DNA of 64,000 nucleotides from an uncultured Solirubrobacterales bacterium (GTDB lineage Bacteria; Actinomycetota; Thermoleophilia; Solirubrobacterales; Solirubrobacteraceae), in contig OY970247.1 in assembly GCA_963715495.1 (NCBI GenBank), forward strand, positions 2,132,219 through 2,196,218. Reading direction: 5' to 3'. Position 1 is the stretch's first letter. Each line of letters starts with the position of its first letter. Below, one piece after another: positions 43,936-52,212 of this stretch. Both the position numbers and the translations under genes were made by a program. The notes beneath the pieces are model-generated. The model did not search any database. It saw only the letters and a program-made list of their open reading frames with translations, and had not been told where the DNA came from.

Positions 43936-45750
43936 CTACGACAACAGGCTGCTGGTCATCCGCTCGATCTCCGCGATCGAGGTCAGCCCCGCACGCACCT
44001 TTGCCAGGCCGTCATCGCGCAGTCGCGCCATCCCCGCCTCCTCGGCGGCTGCGGCGATCGCGTCGACGGACCCGTGCTCGAGCACCAGCGTCCTGATCCG
44101 CTCGTCCACCGACATCACCTCGTACAACCCCACACGCCCGCGGTAGCCGCTGCCGCCGCAGCGCGAGCAGCCCACCGCCTCCAGCGGCTCCGCCCCGGTC
44201 AGACCATGCTCCGCCAACACCGCCTCGGACAGCTGTTGAGGGCGCTTGCAGTGACTGCACAGCATCCGCACGAGCCGCTGCGCCACCACGCAGTCGATCG
44301 CGGAGGACACCAGGAACGGCTCGATGCCCATATCCATCAGCCGCCCCAGCGCACTCGGCGCGTCGCGTGTGTGCAGTGTCGAGAGCACGAGGTGGCCGGT
44401 GAGCGCCGCCTCGACCGCGATGTGCGCAGTCTCGCGGTCGCGGATCTCCCCGACCATGATCACGTCGGGATCGGCCCTCAGCATCGAGCGCAGCCCCACG
44501 TCGAAGGTGACCCCAGCCTTGGGAGCGATCTGCATCTGCTTGACGCCCGCCATCCGCTGCTCGACCGGGTCCTCGATCGTGAGGATGCTGCGCTCGCCGT
44601 CATTGAGCACGGTCAGCGCCCCGTACAGCGTCGTGGACTTGCCCGAGCCCGTGGGCCCGGTCACGAGCACTGCGCCGTTGGGCTTGTTGATCGCGCGCTC
44701 GAACCGACTCAGCTCGTCCGGTCCCATCCCCAGCGACTCCAGGTCCTGAACCGTCACCCCCTTGTCGAGGATCCGCAACACAACGCCCTCGCCGTACACC
44801 AGCGGCAACGACACCACCCTGATGTCCACGCGCCTGCCCTCGACCGTCAGGGCGAAGCGACCGTCCTGGGGCACGCGCCTCTCCGCGATGTCCAGATCGC
44901 CCATGATCTTGATCCGCGACACCACCCCCACCGCCATCCGCCGCTTGACCGTGGCCGCCGGCGCCAGCACCCCGTCGACGCGGAACAGCACCTTCGCGTC
45001 ACCCTCTTCCGGGCTGATGTGGATATCCGAGGCGCCCTGCTGCACCGCCTGGGCGATGATCGAGTGCACCAGCTTGATGATCGGCGCGTCGCGATCGGCC
45101 TCCTCCAGCAGCGTCGCCTGCTCGTCCTCGGCGTCGGCGTCAGACCCCTCTTCGAGGATGTCTTCGATCGACCCTTCCATCCCCGCCAGCTTCGTAAGCA
45201 GCAGACCAAGGTCCTCGACCGACGCCACCGCCGCACGCACTCGCCTGCCGGTGATCATCGCGACGTCGTCGATCGTCAGCACATTCGTCGGGTCTGCCAT
45301 CGCCAGCAGCAGCGTCCCGTCCTCGGCGAACCCGACCGGCACCGCCCTGTAGCGCTTGGCGGCCTCGGCGCCGATCAGGTGCACGGCGCCCATGTCCAGG
45401 TCGTACACCGACAGGTCGATGTAGTCCAATCCGAACCGCTCCGCCACCACGCGCGCAAGCTGGTCGTGGCGCAGCACGCCCTGTTCGACCAGTACCTCCC
45501 CCGTCGGGCGGCCCCGCTCGCGCGCGACCCTGACCGCCTCCTCGACCGTATCGCGGTCGGCGAACCCGAGATCGACGACCACTTCGCCGATCATCCGGCT
45601 TCCGCGCCCAGCCTTGCGCGCGGGATACACGCCCTTGCTCGCGCGCTCGGAGCCGCGCCGCTCCACGAGCGGCATGGGGCGCCCCTCCTCGACCGAGACC
45701 CGGCGACTGTGCTCCTCTGGCGAGCTGGGATGCTCGTCAGCGGTTGGCAT
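43936..45750 (-). CDS. GspE/PulE/PilB family assembly ATPase
   Basis: DIAERRVPQDGR, GPTGSGKSTT, TIEDPVE, RADPDVIMVGEIRD, LTGHLVLSTLH, CxxC..CxxC Zn motif, GYRGR. Confidence 0.92.
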   Translation of the reverse strand: MPTADEHPSSPEEHSRRVSVEEGRPMPLVERRGSERASKGVYPARKAGRGSRMIGEVVVDLGFADRDTVEEAVRVARERGRPTGEVLVEQGVLRHDQLARVVAERFGLDYIDLSVYDLDMGAVHLIGAEAAKRYRAVPVGFAEDGTLLLAMADPTNVLTIDDVAMITGRRVRAAVASVEDLGLLLTKLAGMEGSIEDILEEGSDADAEDEQATLLEEADRDAPIIKLVHSIIAQAVQQGASDIHISPEEGDAKVLFRVDGVLAPAATVKRRMAVGVVSRIKIMGDLDIAERRVPQDGRFALTVEGRRVDIRVVSLPLVYGEGVVLRILDKGVTVQDLESLGMGPDELSRFERAINKPNGAVLVTGPTGSGKSTTLYGALTVLNDGERSILTIEDPVEQRMAGVKQMQIAPKAGVTFDVGLRSMLRADPDVIMVGEIRDRETAHIAVEAALTGHLVLSTLHTRDAPSALGRLMDMGIEPFLVSSAIDCVVAQRLVRMLCSHCKRPQQLSEAVLAEHGLTGAEPLEAVGCSRCGGSGYRGRVGLYEVMSVDERIRTLVLEHGSVDAIAAAAEEAGMARLRDDGLAKVRAGLTSIAEIERMTSSLLS

Positions 45751-45866
45751 GGTGACATTGCCCATCACCGAATCATCGGCATCGTGAGTGTTCGTCTTGA
45801 CCGGTTCGGCGCTGCCCGGAGCCAGGTCAGGAACACCTGACAGCAGGCTCGCTCACATCATGTACC

Positions 45867-46742
45867 GTGATCATCGTGCCGCCCCTCATCTGGGATCGCC
45901 GGCCTGACGAACTCAGGGGCCCCGCCATGATCTGCGCGTTCCAGGGATGGAACGACGCCGGCGACTCCGCCTCCAGCGCGGTCGCTTTCCTCGCATCGGC
46001 TCTGAACGCCCAACGCTTCGCGCGGATCGACTCGCAGGAGTTCTACGACTTCCAGGCCAACCGTCCCTGCATCCGGCTGAGCGAGGGCAGCGCCGAAGAG
46101 ATCGTGTGGCCGACCGTCGAGGTGTTCGAGGCGTTCGCCCCGCGCGCGACTCGCGACCTCGTGCTCGTTCAGGGAGTCGAGCCGTCGATGCGCTGGCGTG
46201 CCTTCAGCGCGCACCTGGTCGACCTCGCCGAAGCGCTCGGCGTGCAGGTGATCGTCTCACTTGGCGCGCTCCTCGGCGACGTCGCCCACTCCCGTCCCGT
46301 GACGATGACCGGATACGCCTCGGACTCCTCGCTGGTGCAGCGGCTGGGCATCACGCCCTCCACCTACGAGGGGCCCACCGGGATCGTCGGCGTGCTCCAC
46401 TCCACCTGTATCGAGGCCGGCCTGCCATCGGCCAGCCTGTGGGCGGGCGTCCCCCACTACGTGGCCGCCGCCGCCAACCCCAAGGCCGCACTCGCGCTCG
46501 TACGCAGGGTCGAAGGTCTCGTCGGAGTCTCGGTCGACGTCTCCGAGCTCGAGCTGGCGTCCGCCGACTTCGAGCGCCAGGTCGGTATCGCGGTACAGAG
46601 CGATCCCGACATCCGGGCCTTCGTCGAACGCCTGGAGCAGGAAGCCGACACCGAGGCGGAGCTGTCGCCCAAAGAGGTCCCCGACGGGGACGTCCTCGCG
46701 CGGGAATTTCAGCGCTTTCTGAAGCAGCGCGGCATCAGATGA
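45867..46742 (+). CDS. PAC2 family (proteasome assembly chaperone-like) protein
   Basis: AFQGWNDAG, YDFQANRP, YEGPTGIVG, VPHYV..NPKA. Confidence 0.88.
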   Translation: MIIVPPLIWDRRPDELRGPAMICAFQGWNDAGDSASSAVAFLASALNAQRFARIDSQEFYDFQANRPCIRLSEGSAEEIVWPTVEVFEAFAPRATRDLVLVQGVEPSMRWRAFSAHLVDLAEALGVQVIVSLGALLGDVAHSRPVTMTGYASDSSLVQRLGITPSTYEGPTGIVGVLHSTCIEAGLPSASLWAGVPHYVAAAANPKAALALVRRVEGLVGVSVDVSELELASADFERQVGIAVQSDPDIRAFVERLEQEADTEAELSPKEVPDGDVLAREFQRFLKQRGIR

Positions 46743-46756
46743 TGTTCCGGGCGGCG

Positions 46757-46885
46757 CATCCCCGCCCCACTTCCACGCCCAGTACAGCGAGCACTGGGCG
46801 CAAATCGGCATTGCCGAGCAAGTAGTGCGTTGGCTGATTCAGCGCTCGGCCGCCGGGCAGACGATGCGAAAGTCGCAGATTGAAC
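46757..46885. repeat. Chimeric duplication scar: copy of 47102-47174 fused to copy of 47581-47638
   Basis: About 72 nt near-identical to the DUF4160 interior, followed by 58 nt identical to the DUF2442 end/nuclease 3' end. Confidence 0.9.
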
Positions 46886-47047
46886 GGCGCAGGGACGGAC
46901 ATTTTCATCCGGCCGAAAACCCGCTTCGCGGACCGGCCGGCCTGAAAAGTCCGCCCTGCTTGGCTGGGGCGGCGAGACCCCACTGCCGGGGGTCGTCAGC
47001 GTCGTCGAACCTGTCCCGTTCCGGCCCCATGGTCGGAGTAGGAAGCA

Positions 47048-47308
47048 GTGCCTCGAGTCAGCTACTTCTACGGAATCGTCATCTGGATGTACCGGCCGGA
47101 TCATCCCCCGCCCCACTTCCACGCCCAGTACAGCGAGCACTGGGCGCAAATCAGCATTGCCGAGCAAGTAGTGCTCGGCGGCTCGCTGCCGCCCCGTACG
47201 CTGCGCCTGGTCACCGACTGGGCGCTGATGCACCAAGCGGAATTGCAAACCAACTGGGATCTCGCCCAGACGCTCCAGTCCCTTGTCCCGATCGACCCGC
47301 TGCCCTAG
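47048..47308 (+). CDS. DUF4160-family protein (putative toxin-antitoxin component)
   Basis: MPRVSYFYGIVIWMY..DHPPPHFHAQY..W...HQAEL..NW. Confidence 0.85.
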   Translation: MPRVSYFYGIVIWMYRPDHPPPHFHAQYSEHWAQISIAEQVVLGGSLPPRTLRLVTDWALMHQAELQTNWDLAQTLQSLVPIDPLP

Positions 47309-47320
47309 CATGAGCAACGC

Positions 47321-47590
47321 ATGACGCTGCGCATAACCACAGTCGAGCCGCTGGACGGCCACAACCTGCGCCTGACCTTCAACGACGGCTTGGTCCGAGA
47401 CGTCGACCTCTCCCCGTTGCTGCACGGACCACTGGGCGAGCCGCTGCGCGATCCCGACTACTTTCGCCGAGTCCGCGTAGACGAGAAGGCACGGACGATC
47501 GTCTGGCCCAACGGACTGGACCCCGACCCCGACATGCTCCACGACGACTACGAGGCCTCCAGACAGCCAGCCGCAGCGCACGTTGGCTGA
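47321..47590 (+). CDS. DUF2442-family protein (putative partner)
   Basis: L.LTFNDG..RDVDL..L...YF.RV....TIVWPNGLD.DPD.L. Confidence 0.85.
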   Translation: MTLRITTVEPLDGHNLRLTFNDGLVRDVDLSPLLHGPLGEPLRDPDYFRRVRVDEKARTIVWPNGLDPDPDMLHDDYEASRQPAAAHVG

Positions 47591-47591
47591 T

Positions 47592-49166
47592 TCAGCGCTC
47601 GGCCGCCGGGCAGACGATGCGAAAGTCGCAGATTGAACAGGCCGCCTTCGACGGGGTCGGCTCGAATCGCTGGCCCATGATGCCCTCGCCGACCTCGAGC
47701 ACGGTCGCGGTCACTCGCTCCTCGTCGGTGTCTCCCGGCAGCGTCACCTTGAGATCGTCGAGCACGTAGTAGTACGCCCTGCCCGCCGCCTCCAGCTCCC
47801 ACGACTCGCGCGCCGCCAGCGCGTACAGCGACAGCTGGACGTCGTCCCGCAGCTGCTCCGCCGTCTTGGGACGGGATGTCTTGTAGTCGATCAGCTCATA
47901 CCTTTCGCCCTGGTCCGCGTCCTGCCCGCGCCCGCGTGCAGCCGGTAGGCGGTCGACGCGGTCCACGCGCCCGCGCAGATGGTGCGGTCCGATTCGGAAC
48001 GAGAACTGGCGCTCGAACCACACAAGCTCAGAGTCCTGGCCGTGCAGCCGCGCGTGGTAGCGCTCGAGCGCCACGCGCGCCTTCGTGCGCAGCTCGCGCT
48101 CGGACTCCCCGTCACGGAACCCGCCTCGCCGCCAGCACGTGTCAAGCAGGTCCAGCAGCTGCGCGAGCGTCTCCCCGCCCGCGGAGTGATAGCGCTCGAG
48201 CACCTGGTGCACGACGATCCCGAACCGCTGCCCCAGCGTCGGCTCGGTCGGGATGCGCAGCACCCGCGCGAACTTGTACCTCAGTGGACAGCTGCGGTAC
48301 GTCTCGATGTCCGATGCCGACAGCGCCAGCCCTCCGCCCTTGCGCGGCAGAAACGGTCCCAGCGACGGCTCCCCCCTGGGGGTGCTCGCGCGCGTGACGG
48401 CGGCCACCGAGCCGCCGTCCGCGGCCGAGCCGAGCTCGAGGAGTGTCTCCTCCAGCGGCGAGCTCTGCAGGATCTCGCGCTGCAGCGCGGTGCTCGCCGC
48501 CAGCAGTCGCGCGCTTACGTCCGCCAGTGAGTCCTCGACGCTCTGCCCCGCCGGGCGCTGCGCGAGCGCCGAGAGCTTGAGCAGCTCCAGATAGCGCACC
48601 ACACCGTGCGCGATGTCCATGTCGGTATCCAGCCGCAGCTCGCTCAGGCGCGCACCGATTCGCAGCACGTCTGCCAGCACATCCTCCTGCACGATCCGCT
48701 GCGTCGCCCGCAGCGCCTCGTCCGCGCCATCGGGCCCGTCCGGCCCCGATTGGCTTCCGCGGCCTTCGCGCTCGGCGCCCAGTGCCGCGCGCGCGAGCAG
48801 GTCCGGTCGGGCCGCGTCCAGCGCCGCAGTCGCGGCCCGATGCAGCTCGAGGAAGCGCTGAATCCGCTCGCGCGCCTCGGGCGGCACCTGTGGAGACTCG
48901 ATCGCCGACCCCAGCGCCGCAACCATGTCCAGCTTGCGCCGCCTCGCGATTTGGATCACGCGCGCGAGATCGACCTGACGCAGCTCGATCGGCGGCCGCG
49001 CCAGCGCGCGCACCACCGCCGAGGCGTCTCCCGGATCGGAGAGCAGCCGTGTCCACGCGACCACGTCTCTGACCTCCGCCCGCTCCATATCCGGCGGTGA
49101 GCGCCGTTCGCGTTCGGGCTCCGCGCTCACCGGCGCGAGCAGATCCTTATCTGGCGTTGTCGGCAC
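47592..49166 (-). CDS. Helicase-less UvrD-2B-like region plus RecB/AddB-type PD-(D/E)XK nuclease with four Cys; possibly a remnant; start may be ATG 49088
   Basis: LSASDIETYRSCPLRYKF, LRGRVDRVD, IDYKTS, QLSLY, CSICDFRIVC; no Walker A/B motifs. Confidence 0.75.
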   Translation of the reverse strand: MPTTPDKDLLAPVSAEPERERRSPPDMERAEVRDVVAWTRLLSDPGDASAVVRALARPPIELRQVDLARVIQIARRRKLDMVAALGSAIESPQVPPEARERIQRFLELHRAATAALDAARPDLLARAALGAEREGRGSQSGPDGPDGADEALRATQRIVQEDVLADVLRIGARLSELRLDTDMDIAHGVVRYLELLKLSALAQRPAGQSVEDSLADVSARLLAASTALQREILQSSPLEETLLELGSAADGGSVAAVTRASTPRGEPSLGPFLPRKGGGLALSASDIETYRSCPLRYKFARVLRIPTEPTLGQRFGIVVHQVLERYHSAGGETLAQLLDLLDTCWRRGGFRDGESERELRTKARVALERYHARLHGQDSELVWFERQFSFRIGPHHLRGRVDRVDRLPAARGRGQDADQGERYELIDYKTSRPKTAEQLRDDVQLSLYALAARESWELEAAGRAYYYVLDDLKVTLPGDTDEERVTATVLEVGEGIMGQRFEPTPSKAACSICDFRIVCPAAER

Positions 49167-49177
49167 GCTCCTAGGAT

Positions 49178-50347
49178 ATGTCCATGGCCGTTACGCGCGC
49201 GATCGACTGGGACACGGCTCAGCGAGTCGGCGAGCTGATCGCCGGCTCCCCTCCCTACGGCGGCGTCCTCGGCCGGTCTGTGCAGCCGCTTGCACACGAC
49301 TTCGCGCGGCGCGTCAGCGCCTACACCGGCTTGAAGCTACCCGCTGAGCTGCCGCCCTTGGAGATGGTCGATCGGCCGGGCTGGATCGCCGCGAACCTGC
49401 AGACGATGCGACCTCTGCTGGATCCACTGCTCGAGCGCCTCAGCGGCGAGAGCGAGCCCGGCGCCGAGCACACCGGCGAGCAGGGCGGCGTCGTGAGCGC
49501 CCTCGGAGGTCTGCTGTCGGGCCCACTGCGCACCGTGTCCGGCCATCTGCTCGGCGCCCAGCTGGGTGGGGTGACGGGCATGCTGTCCCAGCGCGTGCTC
49601 GGCCAGTACGACCTCTCCCTGCTCGACGCCTCAGCGCCGTCGCGCCTGCTGCTGCTCGCGCCGAACCTCGCCGCGGCCGCCGGCAACCTGGGGATCGACC
49701 GCGACGAACTGATCGCCTGGGTGGCGATCCATGAGATCACCCACGCCGTGCAGTTCTCCGGCGCGCCGTGGCTGCGTGACCATCTCGGAGGAATGCTCCG
49801 CGAGCTGCTCGACGGGCTGCAGATCGGGCCCGCCGGGGGATCTGCGGACGAGGACTCGACCGAGGACGGCGGCTCCTCCTGGCTGCCTGACCCGCGCGAG
49901 CTGCTCGACCGCGCGCGCGACGGTGAGCTGCGAGTCCTGATCGATCGCGCCCGCCACGGCGAACTGCTGCGGATCACGCTCGGTGAGGATCGTTGGCAGC
50001 TGGTCGAGCGCATGCAGTCGGCGATGTCCCTGATCGAGGGTCACGCCGAGCACACGATGGACGCGGTCGGCGTCGAGGTGCTGCCTTCGCTGCCACGCCT
50101 GCGCGCCGCGATGACCAGACGGCGACAGTCCCATCGCGGGCTGCTCTGGCAGGTGCTGGAGCGGCTGCTGGGGCTGGAGCTGAAGATGCGCCAGTACGAG
50201 GTCGGACGAGGCTTCTGCGACGCGGTCGTCGATGCGGGCGGCCCTGAGACGCTCGCCGTGGCGTGGCGCTCGCCCCAGGAGCTGCCCACCGCGGCGGAGC
50301 TGGCCGAGCCCGCGCTCTGGCTGCAGCGCATCCGCGCCCCAGCTTGA
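49178..50347 (+). CDS. Zinc-dependent metalloprotease (zincin-2/DUF2342-like)
   Basis: VLGQYD, WVAIHEITHAVQF, MSLIEGHAEHTMD, KMRQYE.G..F. Confidence 0.85.
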   Translation: MSMAVTRAIDWDTAQRVGELIAGSPPYGGVLGRSVQPLAHDFARRVSAYTGLKLPAELPPLEMVDRPGWIAANLQTMRPLLDPLLERLSGESEPGAEHTGEQGGVVSALGGLLSGPLRTVSGHLLGAQLGGVTGMLSQRVLGQYDLSLLDASAPSRLLLLAPNLAAAAGNLGIDRDELIAWVAIHEITHAVQFSGAPWLRDHLGGMLRELLDGLQIGPAGGSADEDSTEDGGSSWLPDPRELLDRARDGELRVLIDRARHGELLRITLGEDRWQLVERMQSAMSLIEGHAEHTMDAVGVEVLPSLPRLRAAMTRRRQSHRGLLWQVLERLLGLELKMRQYEVGRGFCDAVVDAGGPETLAVAWRSPQELPTAAELAEPALWLQRIRAPA

Positions 50348-50355
50348 CGCGAACG

Positions 50356-50369
50356 CGAACGCATGTTCC
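50356..50369. promoter_or_regulatory. Candidate Gram-positive LexA (SOS) box
   Basis: CGAAC-GCAT-GTTCC fits CGAACRNRYGTTYC. Confidence 0.35.
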
Positions 50370-50464
50370 TGATGTTACAAGCGTGCCGCCGAAAATGCCG
50401 CTTCTTCACAGGGATTTCACCGGATCCGAGTATCCGCGTGTAACGATCTCTGTGGATCGGGTTA

Positions 50465-50478
50465 CAAACACGTGTTCG
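50465..50478. promoter_or_regulatory. Candidate Gram-positive LexA (SOS) box
   Basis: CAAAC-ACGT-GTTCG, one mismatch to CGAAC-N4-GTTCG. Confidence 0.35.
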
Positions 50479-50560
50479 GTGCTAACGTCGGTATCGAACC
50501 TCGAGCAAGCAAACCCGCACCTCCTCGCACAGGCGAGGAAGAAGAGGAGACCCCCTCCAG

Positions 50561-51070
50561 ATGCCAACTGCCAACACGACCTCCCCCCGCAGCCCCAAAA
50601 CGGGCGCGAAATCAGCCGCAAAAGCCAAAACCGCCCCTCGAGCCTCGAGCGCCAACGCGCGTAGCCGTAGCGCCACACAGACCAAGTCGACCCACGCAAA
50701 GGGCGCACGCACGCGGGCTGTCCATCAGACCGAGTCGGCCGTCCGTCAAGCCGAAACCGCCACGCGCGAGACCGCCGGCGTCTTCGGCGACTACGCCGAG
50801 CGCGCCGTCCTGATCCCCGTCGGCGCGGCTCTGATCGCCCGCGAGCGGGTGGTCTCGGGCGTGAACGACACGATCTCGAGCTATTCGAGCACCTCCAAGG
50901 CCCAGGCGCAACTGCGCAAGTTCGAGCGCCGCGGCAACACCGCTCGCAAGCGTCTGGAGCGTGAAGTTCGCAAAGCACGCACGAGCGTCGAGCGCGAGCT
51001 GCGCAAGCGCCGTCAGGACGGCGCCGAGCTCGCAGACCGTCTCCAGGGGCGCATCCAGAGCCTGGTCTAA
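50561..51070 (+). CDS. Basic coiled-coil protein (HBHA/phasin-like)
   Basis: GAGGAG RBS, Lys/Ala/Arg/Ser-rich N-terminus, amphipathic helical C-terminus. Confidence 0.65.
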   Translation: MPTANTTSPRSPKTGAKSAAKAKTAPRASSANARSRSATQTKSTHAKGARTRAVHQTESAVRQAETATRETAGVFGDYAERAVLIPVGAALIARERVVSGVNDTISSYSSTSKAQAQLRKFERRGNTARKRLEREVRKARTSVERELRKRRQDGAELADRLQGRIQSLV

Positions 51071-51196
51071 GTCCACTCCCCCAGCTTCCCCCGCCCCGGA
51101 CCGAGGAGAGCCGGGGACACCGCCGCCGAAGGCGGTGGTCGGGACAGTCTGCCGGCCTCATATTCCGCCGGTGGAAGGTAGGACCCTCTCCTCCCT

Positions 51197-51231
51197 AGCC
51201 CTCGGAGCGACCCCCGCTCCGAGGGCTTTTT
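51197..51231 (+). terminator. Intrinsic terminator
   Basis: AGCCCTCGGAGCG-acccc-CGCTCCGAGGGCT followed by TTTT. Confidence 0.85.
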
Positions 51232-51536
51232 CGTGGAAGAGCGTATTTGTCTCAAATCGCCTGTTCTGTTTCGGAGAAATGTTTCTGACTACACGAGCCC
51301 TATGACTTCGGTAAAAGCCCTGGAAAATCGGCTGGCACCTGACTCAGCGAGCATCATCCATATCTATGTAAGCGCCCCGCTAAAGTCAGCGCAATAGAAT
51401 TTGCTGTATATATTTTTGATGATCGTTTTAATGGTCGGCTTGACTGTAAGATCAGAGCAAGTACGCGATCTAGAGGGTGCTTCGCTTCCGGATCTACCGC
51501 AGACAACACTCTACAATCTCTGAAGAGGCTAGGCCA

Positions 51537-51746
51537 ATGTCAATCCAAGAGATTCAGCGTCAACAGGCAAAGGCGATGCCGCACGCGGACCTGAAGCCCT
51601 ACGCCGGACAGTGGGTTGCCCTCAGAGACGGCTATGTCGTGGCCAGGGATCTTGATAGCGTAGCCCTCCGCAACCAGCCTGAGGTCAAGGAGAGTGACAC
51701 CCTCATGCTCGTACCGGACCAAGACGTCAACGTTCTAATCCTCTAG
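51537..51746 (+). CDS. DUF5678-like small protein
   Basis: YAGQWVAL.DG.VVA motif; follows an AT-rich spacer. Confidence 0.65.
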   Translation: MSIQEIQRQQAKAMPHADLKPYAGQWVALRDGYVVARDLDSVALRNQPEVKESDTLMLVPDQDVNVLIL

Positions 51747-51752
51747 AGCGCC

Positions 51753-52157
51753 GTGCCCTCGGCGACACTCCCGTACTCCAACCCCTTCGGAACAGGGAGC
51801 CGTCCATATCTAGCCCTGACGCTCACAGGCGTCAACAGCACGTCGCACAGCATCGTGGGGCTTCTCGACACGGGTGCCGATATCACGGCGTTGCCGGTAG
51901 GGCACGCTGCGCTCATGGGCTACGGTCTCGAGCTGCTCGAGCAGACAACCATCGGGACCGCGGATGGCCCAGGCGTGGCGTTTCGTGCGATGCGGCAATC
52001 GACCGCCATCGTGGCCGGTTTGCCATCTGTGTCGATCAGCCTGCGGCCGATCTTTGTCCCCGGCGCCCAGACGCCGCTTTGGGGGCGCACCGATGTGATG
52101 CGCCCGTTCAAGGTGCTTTTCGACGATACGGACGAAGCCTTCACGCTCCACTGGTAG
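51753..52157 (+). CDS. Single-domain retropepsin-like (clan AA) aspartyl protease
   Basis: LLDTGADIT catalytic motif, LWGR.D C-terminal motif. Confidence 0.8.
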   Translation: MPSATLPYSNPFGTGSRPYLALTLTGVNSTSHSIVGLLDTGADITALPVGHAALMGYGLELLEQTTIGTADGPGVAFRAMRQSTAIVAGLPSVSISLRPIFVPGAQTPLWGRTDVMRPFKVLFDDTDEAFTLHW

Positions 52158-52212
52158 CCAGTTCGTGGCCCCCTGCCGGTCGTTATGGAGGGACCGGCAA
52201 AGGTTTGCCACA

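Noticed and set aside
47592-48320. Cas4/CRISPR adaptation gene
   Set aside because: The four-Cys PD-(D/E)XK domain is fused to a UvrD-2B-like region and there is no cas1, cas2 or array; an AddB/AdnB-type origin fits better.
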